Under the pieces are notes generated by a model. That model made no database searches, was not told the origin of the DNA, and worked only from the letters and a program-made list of their open reading frames with translations. The position numbers and the translations under genes are program-made. From Candidatus Iainarchaeum sp. (GTDB lineage: Archaea > Iainarchaeota > Iainarchaeia > Iainarchaeales > CSSED10-239): a stretch of DNA of 32,000 bases. The DNA is taken from assembly GCA_037441475.1 (NCBI GenBank), contig JBBISB010000001.1, forward strand, positions 216,418-248,417, written 5' to 3'. Positions 8,542-16,117 of this stretch are shown in pieces; positions within the stretch are counted from its first letter, which is position 1, and the number at the start of each line of letters is the position of its first letter.

Positions 8542-9177
8542 ATGTTTAAAAAAATAAATTTAATAATCTTAATTATTTTGCTTATTTCATTATTTTCAGG
8601 TATAATTGCCTATCCTTACCTTAATGATGAGTTTGCAAGCCACTGGAATAGTAAAGGAGAAGTAGATGGGCATATGTCGAAAATAGGGGGGATTTTACTA
8701 CTTCCAATAGTTATGATAATAATATATTTTCTTTTAGCTTTCTTTCCAAAAATTGATCCCTTAAAAAAAAATGTAGATTTATTTAAAAAAGAATTTGATT
8801 TGTTTATAATTGGAATTTTACTTTTTTTAATGTACTTGCACATATTAACTATAATCTATAATCTAGGGTATATCTTTAACCTTAGTAAAATGGTTGTACC
8901 TGCCTTTGGATTCTTTTTTTACCTTATAGGTATTTTACTTTTAAAGTCAAAAAGAAACTGGTTTATTGGTATTAAAACACCATGAACACTTTCAAGTAAT
9001 TATGTATGGAACAAAACACATAAGCTTGGAGGGATTTTATTTAAAATTTCAGGAATAGTAATTACCTTATCTTTTTTTGTATACCAAATAGGGTATCTGG
9101 TTTTATTAATAACAGTTGTTTTAACAAGCCTAATAACAATAAGTTATTCATATGTTATTTTTAAAAAAAGTAAATAG
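8542..9177 (+). pseudogene. SdpI/DUF1648-like membrane protein interrupted by one in-frame TGA (8983..8985)
   Basis: ORF track ends at 8985. The same frame continues as TLSSNYVWNKTHKLGG...KKSK to TAG 9175..9177. N-terminus has the HWNSKGEVDGHMSK motif. The junction reads NWFIGIKTP-TGA-TLSSNYVW. Confidence 0.6.
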
Positions 9178-9182
9178 AAAAA

Positions 9183-9255
9183 TGATTCTGGGCGGATTCG
9201 AACCGCCGATCTTCGCCTTGTAAGGGCGACATCATAACCACTAGACCACAGAATC
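9183..9255 (-). tRNA. tRNA-Val (anticodon UAC)
   Basis: Hand-folded minus strand: GATTCTG-TG-GTCT-AGTGGTTATGAT..TCGCC-CTTACAA-GGCGA..GGCGG-TTCGAAT-CCGCC-CAGAATC-A. Perfect acceptor, anticodon and T stems. Confidence 0.85.
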
Positions 9256-9424
9256 TTTTTTGTTTAAAAAAAGTTATAGTAATATAATTAATATAGAAAA
9301 GATATAAAAGGTTTTTCTTTTCTACTTCTAAAAAGAGATTTTAAAAAAACAAAAGATTTAAATAAACAATAACATATAATATAAAATATTTATAAGTAAC
9401 ATTTATAAAAAAGGTGATTATATA

Positions 9425-9853
9425 ATGACAAAAAATAATATAATGAAGATAATAGGTGCCTTTGTTTTTATCTTTGGTATTTTCTTCTTACTATTATCTA
9501 TTACAAATATTTTCAATGACATTGACTTTATTGATCAATACAATAACTGTATTGAAGTTTCAAAATATGAGCCAGGTGTTTTAGATATTTGTAAAACAAA
9601 TGTTTCAGAAGGACTTGGAATTGCAATAAGATCAAACCAAGTTGAGCTTACAACAGGCCAATACTTAAAAGTATATATCAGCCAAATCATTAATGTTCTT
9701 TTAGCTGTTCTTTTAATAATTATTGGTGACTTTTTATATGTTGCAAGTAAAAAAGATAATCCATCAAAACCAGAAGAAACAAAAAAAGTTATAGTAAAAG
9801 CAAAGCCTTTAGCAGCAGTTAAGAAAAAGGTAAAAGCAAAGAAAAAGAAATAA
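9425..9853 (+). CDS. Hypothetical two-TM membrane protein with a Lys-rich C-terminal tail
   Basis: AGGTGAT SD before the ATG. Two hydrophobic helices flank a loop containing two Cys. No recognisable domain. Confidence 0.5.
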   Translation: MTKNNIMKIIGAFVFIFGIFFLLLSITNIFNDIDFIDQYNNCIEVSKYEPGVLDICKTNVSEGLGIAIRSNQVELTTGQYLKVYISQIINVLLAVLLIIIGDFLYVASKKDNPSKPEETKKVIVKAKPLAAVKKKVKAKKKK

Positions 9854-9923
9854 TTTCTTTTTCCTTCTTTTTTATTTTTATATTAAACAAAAAGAAAAAT
9901 CTTCTTTTTTAAAAAAAGAAAAA
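9854..9923. terminator. Convergent intergenic region with oligo-T runs on both strands (putative archaeal terminators)
   Basis: ttctttttccttcttttttattttt follows the plus-strand gene. T-runs are also present on the minus strand downstream of dnaG. Composition-based call only. Confidence 0.3.
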
Positions 9924-11801
9924 CTACTTCTTTAAGTCATTATATGTAACAATATTTATTTCAGGATCATCCTTTATCTTAGATCTTGGAGAGACTAAGA
10001 AAAGAATCTCTTTTTCCTTAGCTTGATTTAAGATATCAGAGGTTACCTCTAAATCTGTTACAACAGCATATATCTTACCAGCCTTAAAAGACTTTATCTT
10101 AGTTGTAAGTTCATCACTTTTTGAGCTACCAATCCTTCTTAATTTTTCATTTAAGATTCTTGATTGTCCCTTACTATCAACCTCATCTAAGATTTCTAAA
10201 AAGTTCTTCTTTATCTTGTCTGTAAGTTTAGGGAGAACAATTTTCTTTTTAACCTTTTCAACAACCTTAGTTTCTTCTTTTAAAGCAGGCTTTGGATAAA
10301 CTGGTGTTTGCTTATCTACTGCATCAACAGTTGTTAAGGTTTCTTGAGATTTACTATCAAACTCTTTTAAAGCACTTTCAAGTCTATCCTTTAAAGTTAT
10401 CTTTGTTTGTATAACTTGAACCTTATCAGTATCGTTTAAAGGAAGAGAAGGTTTTTCTATAAAAGAAGTTTCATCTCTTGATGGAAATGATCTTCTATTG
10501 AAGTCATTTGGTTTATTAAAGTTGTTTCTATTATCATGATTGTTTCTGTTTCCATGGTTATTTCTATCATGATTATTTTGTCTATTATCACGATTGTTTC
10601 TATCATGTCTGTTGTTTCTATCATGTCTGTTGTTTCTATTATCAGGACCTCTGTTATTTCTATTACCACCAAAACTTGGTTTTGAGAAAGAAGAGTCTGA
10701 AGAAACATCTATTCTCTCAACATCAGGAATGTTTGAAAGCATGCTTGAAAAATCAGTGGTTGGTTTGTTTTCTCTAAACCTATCTTCTCTTGAAGAATCA
10801 TAGCTTGGTTTACTATAACTTGGTTTATTATCATAACTTGGCTTATTATCATAGCTTGGCTTTGAAGATATTACCTTATGATCATTTGTTGTTGAAAACT
10901 TTGTTTGCTTAACAATGTTTGGTTGAGGGATAGGAATAGATGGTTTATTTTCAGAACCTATCTTGTCTTTACCATTAATGTCAATTACAAAAGTAGACTT
11001 AACTCTTCTTCTTAAAGCTTGGTTAATTTCCTTTTGTGTAAGCTCTTCAACTTCCTTTCCATCAGGAGCTCTTGCTATGTAATCAACCTTAACAGCTCTT
11101 AAAAGCTGTGATTGTTGAATATCAGCACCTCTATCTCCATCTAAAAACAAAGTAACAATCTTGTCTTTACATATGTTTGCAAGGGAAATTGGAACTCTTG
11201 CTCCACCAGTTGAGATAACATTTGTAAAACCATACTTAAGCATGGTTATAACATCTGCTCTTCCTTCAACAATTATAAGCTCCTTGTTTGAATCAACTGT
11301 TGGACCTGCTGGAAGCTTATCAGGACCATAAAAGACAATTTCTTTTGTCTTAAAGGTATCTACAATCTCTTCCATAAGCTCCTTTGTGTCTGGAATCTCT
11401 TCCTGCATTAATTTTCCTAAAAGATCAATTGCTCTATCTTTGATTTGTTTTCTTTTAAGACCTCTTGTATCTTCTATTTTTTTGATAGTAAATCTAGTGT
11501 CACATGGCCCTACTTTATCAATAGATTCAATAGATGCACCTATAATAACAGTCTCTACCATTGATAAACTACATGGTAGCTTTAAAGTTCCATATGTTTT
11601 GTTGTTATTATGTGTTGTAGTTATCTCTATTCTTCCAATCTTACCGTTCTGTTGAAGATCTTTAATATCCAATTGAGAACCTAAAAGCCCCTCAGATTGT
11701 CCAAAAATAGCACCAATAACATCTGGTTTTTCAACTAAACCTTCTACTTGAAAGTCTGCAACAATCAAGTACTTGATTGTTTCTAAATAAGTTTTACCCA
11801 T
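9924..11801 (-). CDS. dnaG: Archaeal DnaG-type primase/Toprim protein with a large low-complexity insertion
   Basis: N-terminus YLIVADFQVEGLVEKPDVIGAIFGQSEGLLG...GKIGRIEI is the archaeal DnaG signature. Toprim region: IIVEGRADVITML...LFLDGDRGADI. AGGTGAT SD upstream. Confidence 0.85.
   Translation of the reverse strand: MGKTYLETIKYLIVADFQVEGLVEKPDVIGAIFGQSEGLLGSQLDIKDLQQNGKIGRIEITTTHNNNKTYGTLKLPCSLSMVETVIIGASIESIDKVGPCDTRFTIKKIEDTRGLKRKQIKDRAIDLLGKLMQEEIPDTKELMEEIVDTFKTKEIVFYGPDKLPAGPTVDSNKELIIVEGRADVITMLKYGFTNVISTGGARVPISLANICKDKIVTLFLDGDRGADIQQSQLLRAVKVDYIARAPDGKEVEELTQKEINQALRRRVKSTFVIDINGKDKIGSENKPSIPIPQPNIVKQTKFSTTNDHKVISSKPSYDNKPSYDNKPSYSKPSYDSSREDRFRENKPTTDFSSMLSNIPDVERIDVSSDSSFSKPSFGGNRNNRGPDNRNNRHDRNNRHDRNNRDNRQNNHDRNNHGNRNNHDNRNNFNKPNDFNRRSFPSRDETSFIEKPSLPLNDTDKVQVIQTKITLKDRLESALKEFDSKSQETLTTVDAVDKQTPVYPKPALKEETKVVEKVKKKIVLPKLTDKIKKNFLEILDEVDSKGQSRILNEKLRRIGSSKSDELTTKIKSFKAGKIYAVVTDLEVTSDILNQAKEKEILFLVSPRSKIKDDPEINIVTYNDLKK
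10595..10639. repeat. Coding tandem repeat, 18-bp unit x 2.5 (tgtttctatcatgtctgt), within a wider degenerate repeat zone at ~10500..10660
   Basis: Two perfect adjacent copies read directly from the sequence. They encode NNRHDR repeats in the DnaG insertion. Confidence 0.8.
10800..10868. repeat. Coding tandem repeat, 18-bp unit x ~4 (ataacttggyttattatc)
   Basis: Read directly from the sequence. Encodes KPSYDN-KPSYDN-KPSYS-KPSYD in the DnaG insertion. Confidence 0.8.
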
Positions 11802-11916
11802 TTTAAAATCACCTGTATTGTTTTTTCTTTTAAACAGATGTTTTTGTATAGATGTTGTTAAAAAAAAGAGATTTTTTAAAAAACTTTTATTTTTAAAAAA
11901 AATAACTATGTTACAA

Positions 11917-12150
11917 TTATAAAATTTTAATATACTTATGATTTGACTTTTCGCCCTTAACTATATCTACTAAATACCCTAAAGACTTAAAATACTCTTT
12001 TAACTCTTTATTGGCTTTTCCTTTAATAGCTTGAGATTTAAGCTTTATTTTGTAATTTCCGGATACTTCTTGGATCTCTTGAGACTTTGAGTTGCATACA
12101 ACAGTCACCTCAATAATCTCGCCTGTTTTTAACTGTAATTCTGAAATCAT
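11917..12150 (-). CDS. DUF167 (YggU/UPF0235) family protein
   Basis: IKLKSQAIKGKANKELKEYFKSLGYLVDIVKGEKSNHKYIKI matches the DUF167 GKAN...G..S..K pattern. Confidence 0.6.
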   Translation of the reverse strand: MISELQLKTGEIIEVTVVCNSKSQEIQEVSGNYKIKLKSQAIKGKANKELKEYFKSLGYLVDIVKGEKSNHKYIKIL

Positions 12151-12429
12151 GTTATTAAATTTTTAAATTATTGTAAATTATTTTAAAAGTTTTAAAAAAG
12201 ACTCTTTTCTTTTTTTACATACCTAAGAAAACATCTTTTCTTTGTAATATTCTAAATTATTATTTTAATAAATTATAAAACCCCATTTATAATGTAGATC
12301 ATCTAAATATCTAAAAATAAATATCTTCTCTACTAATATTATTATAGTAGCAAACTATATATAAACATTATTGTTGTATATTATATTTATATATATAACT
12401 AAAATATATTTTATAAAAAGGGAAAAGAA

Positions 12430-12825
12430 ATGCAACATAAAAAAAAAGGATCTAATGCTGAAAGAGAGCTTCTTTTTATGTTTTTTGAAAAAGGATTTGC
12501 AGCAGCAAGAGTTGCTGGTTCAGGATCCTCCACACTTCCAACCCCTGATATAATTGTTATTAAAAATAACAAAGGATATGCCATTGAATGTAAAACAAAG
12601 GCAGGAGAATACCTTAACATCAAAGAAGAGCAGATAAAAGAGCTTGAAACCTGGGAGAGGCTTTCAGGAAACAAGGCTTATGTTGCTTGGAGACTTTTTG
12701 GTAAAAAATGGTATTTTCTTTATTATAAAGAGATGAATAAAACAAAAAAGGCTTATTCCATTAAAAAAGAAGAAATTAAGGAAAAAGGTATGAGTTTTGA
12801 AGAATTTATAAAAGGAGAGAAGTAA
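12430..12825 (+). CDS. hjc: Holliday junction resolvase Hjc
   Basis: KGSNAERELLFMFFEKGFAAARVAGSG...PDIIVIKNNKGYAIECKT carries the archaeal Hjc catalytic E...D...E-x-K arrangement at the typical size. Confidence 0.85.
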   Translation: MQHKKKGSNAERELLFMFFEKGFAAARVAGSGSSTLPTPDIIVIKNNKGYAIECKTKAGEYLNIKEEQIKELETWERLSGNKAYVAWRLFGKKWYFLYYKEMNKTKKAYSIKKEEIKEKGMSFEEFIKGEK

Positions 12826-12827
12826 AT

Positions 12828-12965
12828 ATGTTTTTAGAACTTGAAGAAGTAATTGCAAGCCTTAAAAGGGATATGCTAAAAGAAAAGGGCTTAAAGAACA
12901 AAATTCTTTATGAAAATGCTATTAAAGCATTAATAGAGCTTAAAGAAAGAAAAAATACAAGATAA
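12828..12965 (+). CDS. Small hypothetical protein (45 aa)
   Basis: Own translation: MFLELEEVIASLKRDMLKEKGLKNKILYENAIKALIELKERKNTR. Starts 3 nt after the hjc stop. No homology recognised. Confidence 0.3.
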   Translation: MFLELEEVIASLKRDMLKEKGLKNKILYENAIKALIELKERKNTR

Positions 12966-12998
12966 AGTGGTTTATTTTTACATAATTTTTTAAAAAAA

Positions 12999-13511
12999 TT
13001 ATCTTCTTCCTTTTTTTCTTAACTTAATTAAAATGTCATTCTTTCTTTTAATAAAAGGATATTTATTTTTAGAATCTTTGTTTAAAGAAAGCTTTTTTCT
13101 CTTAATCATAAGATTGTTTGTTATTTTGTTAACCAATGGGTTTACCACAAGCCCATCAATATACTTTTTAAAACTCATTTTTCTTAAAGAGATAAAAACC
13201 ATTAACTTAAGCTTAGTTCCTATCTTCTGATTTTTATACTTTGAAGAAACATAAAAGGACTTTGCATAAAATTGATCTTTATTAATAACCCAACCCTCAA
13301 TAAACCCTGCAACCTCTTTACCTGAAAAAACTAAAAATAGTTTGGTGTTTTTAAAATTACTTTTTGTATAGTTTTTTTTAAACTCAGAAAAAGCATCATT
13401 CCAGGAGGCTTCCTTTTGTAAGATGGAATGAACCTGCATAAGTGTGTCTTTTGTAAGCTCAGAGTAGTTGTTTATATCTATCATTTTATAGGAGAGGTTT
13501 TCTTCATTCAT
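12999..13511 (-). CDS. Hypothetical protein, possibly a GNAT-like acetyltransferase
   Basis: FLVFSGKEVAGFIEGWV...SSKYKNQKIGTKL loosely resembles GNAT motif A. The start ATG overlaps the pth2 TGA (ATGA coupling). Confidence 0.35.
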   Translation of the reverse strand: MNEENLSYKMIDINNYSELTKDTLMQVHSILQKEASWNDAFSEFKKNYTKSNFKNTKLFLVFSGKEVAGFIEGWVINKDQFYAKSFYVSSKYKNQKIGTKLKLMVFISLRKMSFKKYIDGLVVNPLVNKITNNLMIKRKKLSLNKDSKNKYPFIKRKNDILIKLRKKGRR

Positions 13512-13855
13512 AATAGTTTATATCTTTTTGTAAACTTATCAATCTCTGATTCCTTAATAGGCCCTACACCTACACATGTAAAGTCTGGTTCCTTTAACTG
13601 AGTATGAGCTGCATCCTTAATAATGACTGCAGGAAAAAAAGATTTAATTTCTTGAAAGACCTTTAAAAGTTCTTCACGTGATTCAACTTTTAAAACAACT
13701 TTCTTTTGACCCTCAGAAAGCCATGCGTCTGCTATTGAAGGTGTTTTTCTAGAAGTTAGTAAATAACTTTCTAGAGAGGCATGAGAAGCTTGGGCAGCAA
13801 TCTTGCCTTTTCCAAGCTTTAAATCGTTTCTTACAAGAATTATTTGTTTATACAT
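13508..13855 (-). CDS. pth2: Peptidyl-tRNA hydrolase, archaeal type (Pth2)
   Basis: KQIILVRNDLKLGKGKIAAQASHASL...IIKDAAHTQLKEPDFTCVGVGP is the Pth2 signature, at the typical length of 115 aa. Confidence 0.85.
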   Translation of the reverse strand: MYKQIILVRNDLKLGKGKIAAQASHASLESYLLTSRKTPSIADAWLSEGQKKVVLKVESREELLKVFQEIKSFFPAVIIKDAAHTQLKEPDFTCVGVGPIKESEIDKFTKRYKLL

Positions 13856-13861
13856 TTATAA

Positions 13862-14197
13862 TTACTCACTAAAAGACTCGCCATAAATACCCATGTAAGT
13901 TAAGGTGTATGTTACTTGTTTAGGACCCCACATAGATGTTATTTGTTTAGGCTCGTTTAATCTTAAATCTGTATTAAACTCATATCCTTTATGTTCGTTC
14001 TTAACTAAGTAATGTCTATCATACTCTAAAGTAACTTCCTTACCGCTTGCTGCTATAAGCTTAAAGACATGACCCTCTTTTCCATCATCTTCAAATGAAT
14101 CGTTTATCTCAACAGCTATTGTTTTATCTTCTAAAGTGTTTCTAGAAGGAGCTTCCATGTGTGTTACTTTTTTAACTATCTTAAAGACATATTCCAT
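13862..14197 (-). CDS. Hypothetical protein (111 aa)
   Basis: AAGGAGAG SD upstream. Tightly packed upstream of pth2. No recognisable domain. Confidence 0.45.
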   Translation of the reverse strand: MEYVFKIVKKVTHMEAPSRNTLEDKTIAVEINDSFEDDGKEGHVFKLIAASGKEVTLEYDRHYLVKNEHKGYEFNTDLRLNEPKQITSMWGPKQVTYTLTYMGIYGESFSE

Positions 14198-14390
14198 ATT
14201 ATATCTCTCCTTTTTATTAAATATTAAATATATTATTATCTATATAAAGTAAAGACAAATAAGTTTAAAAACAGATATATTTTGTTTTAATAGCTTTAAA
14301 GATGAAAAACAGATTATTTATAAAATTATAGATATAATATATATTAAGAGATTTAAAAAAGATAAAATAATTTTAAAAAAAGGATTAAAC

Positions 14391-14957
14391 ATGAATAAAA
14401 AAAAAGAAATTATTAAAACACACACTCAACATCCATGGCATGAAGTAACATATGGAGAAAAAGTACCAGAAGAGGTTAATGCCTTTATTGAGGTTCCAAA
14501 AGGGAGTATCTTAAAGTATGAGCTTGACATGGAATCAGGACATATTAAGCTTGATAGAGTGCTTTACTCAGCTGTTCATTACCCTGGAGACTATGGCTTT
14601 ATACCTCAAACATTATCAGAGGACGGAGATCCTTTAGATATAATAATCATTTCAAACTTTCCTGTTCACCTTGGTGTTTTAGTTAGAGCAAAACCAATTG
14701 AGGTAATGCTTATGATTGATAGTAATGAGAAGGATGAAAAGATAATTGCTGTTCATTCAACAGACCCTAGGATGGATAAGAGAAGAGATATTAAGGACTT
14801 TAGTGAGCATGTTATCTTAGAGATAAGACATTTCTTTGAAACATACAAAGAGCTTCAAGGTAAAAAATCAACCATCATGTCTATTAAAGGGAAAAAAGAA
14901 GCTGAAAAAGAAATTTTAAAAGCAATAAAAAGATATAAAGAGTATTTTAAAGAATGA
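14391..14957 (+). CDS. ppa: Inorganic pyrophosphatase, family I
   Basis: HPWHEV...FIEVPKGSILKYELD...LDRVLYSAVHYPGDYGFIPQTLSEDGDPLD are canonical family I PPase motifs. Confidence 0.92.
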   Translation: MNKKKEIIKTHTQHPWHEVTYGEKVPEEVNAFIEVPKGSILKYELDMESGHIKLDRVLYSAVHYPGDYGFIPQTLSEDGDPLDIIIISNFPVHLGVLVRAKPIEVMLMIDSNEKDEKIIAVHSTDPRMDKRRDIKDFSEHVILEIRHFFETYKELQGKKSTIMSIKGKKEAEKEILKAIKRYKEYFKE

Positions 14958-14960
14958 ATA

Positions 14961-15104
14961 TTATTTTTCTTTTTTAAGTTTTTCTAAAAGCTCTTTTTTT
15001 AATCTTTCCTCTTTCATTTTTTTTAGTTTTCTTTCTCTAATGCCAGCCCCTATTTTTGTGTTGCTTAAAAGATTTTTAATAAGATACTTTGTTTTTCTAA
15101 ACAT
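14961..15104 (-). CDS. Small basic ORF (47 aa) immediately downstream of kae1
   Basis: Own translation: MFRKTKYLIKNLLSNTKIGAGIRERKLKKMKEERLKKELLEKLKKEK. The ATG is 4 nt after the kae1 stop. Could be a chance ORF in AT-rich DNA. Confidence 0.22.
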   Translation of the reverse strand: MFRKTKYLIKNLLSNTKIGAGIRERKLKKMKEERLKKELLEKLKKEK

Positions 15105-15108
15105 ATTT

Positions 15109-16098
15109 TCACCAACTTATAATTACTTGATCAGTTCTTTCTTCAGGATCAATAGTTGTTTTTTCTAAATCTTGAAGAGCATCATAAACAAAATGTTTTA
15201 AACCCAAATCAGCAATCATAACACCATTATCAAGACATACAGAAACAGGGGGGATAAATAATTTTATTTTTCTTTGTTTTGAAAAACTCTCAAGCATCTC
15301 TTTTAAAGCCTTTGATGCTGCAACTCCACCAATCACCATTATCTCTTTTTTCTTTGTGTATGATAAGGCTCTTTCACAAACCTCTAAAAGCATTGCGTAA
15401 GAGGTATGCATAAAGGAATAAACTAGATCATCTGTTTTTACTTTTCCTATTAATTTTCTTGAAGAAGTTAAAAGACCAGAAAAAACAATATCCATTCCTT
15501 TAACAGAATAGGGAAGAGGAATATAGTTAGTTGACTGGAAATATATCTTATCCAAGATTGGACCACCAGGAAAACCATACCCTAAATCTCTTGCAAAAGA
15601 ATCAAAGAGATTACCAAGACCAATATCTAAAGTTTCACCTAATATCTTATATCTTTTATTATCTTTTGCTATAATCTGTGTGTTTGCACCTGAGGTGTAT
15701 ATAAAAAGAGGGTCTTTTGCCTTCATTAATGTTTTTCCAATCTCTAAGTGTGCAACACAATGATTAACACCAACAATTGGTTTATTGTACTTTAAGGAAA
15801 GAGCTCTTGCAAAAGTAGCACCAACAGATAAACAAGGTCCAAGACCAGGGCTTCTTGCAAAGGAAATAACATCTATGTCTTTAATAGATAGATTTGCCTC
15901 ATTAAGAGCTTGTTTTAAAACATCCATTGCGTTTTGGTAATGAAAAACAGAGGCATCATAAGGCTTAATGCCAATACCTTTTTCTACAGAGACATACTGT
16001 TTTTTAACATTTGCATAGATTTTTCCTTTATTATCTATTATCCCTACACCAAAGGTATGTGCAGTTGATTCTATGCCTAAGGAAATTATTTTTTTCAT
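15109..16098 (-). CDS. kae1: tRNA N6-adenosine threonylcarbamoyltransferase Kae1 (stand-alone, no Bud32 fusion)
   Basis: GIESTAHTFGVGI...GVNHCVAHLEIG...GGVAAS are Kae1/TsaD motifs. 329 aa. Confidence 0.9.
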   Translation of the reverse strand: MKKIISLGIESTAHTFGVGIIDNKGKIYANVKKQYVSVEKGIGIKPYDASVFHYQNAMDVLKQALNEANLSIKDIDVISFARSPGLGPCLSVGATFARALSLKYNKPIVGVNHCVAHLEIGKTLMKAKDPLFIYTSGANTQIIAKDNKRYKILGETLDIGLGNLFDSFARDLGYGFPGGPILDKIYFQSTNYIPLPYSVKGMDIVFSGLLTSSRKLIGKVKTDDLVYSFMHTSYAMLLEVCERALSYTKKKEIMVIGGVAASKALKEMLESFSKQRKIKLFIPPVSVCLDNGVMIADLGLKHFVYDALQDLEKTTIDPEERTDQVIISW

Positions 16099-16117
16099 AT
16101 ATCTCTTTTATCTTCTT

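Noticed and set aside
8983-8985. Genome-wide reassignment of TGA to Trp (code 4-like), suggested by the TGA at the recalled Trp position in the SdpI-like gene
   Set aside because: TGA ends pth2 (13508..13510) with a classic ATGA stop-start overlap onto the next gene. It also ends kae1, aIF6 and L39e at or near their expected lengths. In this window TGA therefore behaves as a normal stop.
10500-10870. Tandem short repeats considered as a possible CRISPR-like or satellite array
   Set aside because: The units are 18 bp and directly adjacent with no spacers. They lie in frame inside the DnaG ORF and translate to peptide repeats. No cas genes are present.
14961-16098. Missing Bud32 kinase next to Kae1 as a notable absence
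   Set aside because: Kae1 and Bud32 are fused or adjacent in only some archaea. Absence from this locus says nothing about the rest of the genome, so it is not informative within a 32-kb window.
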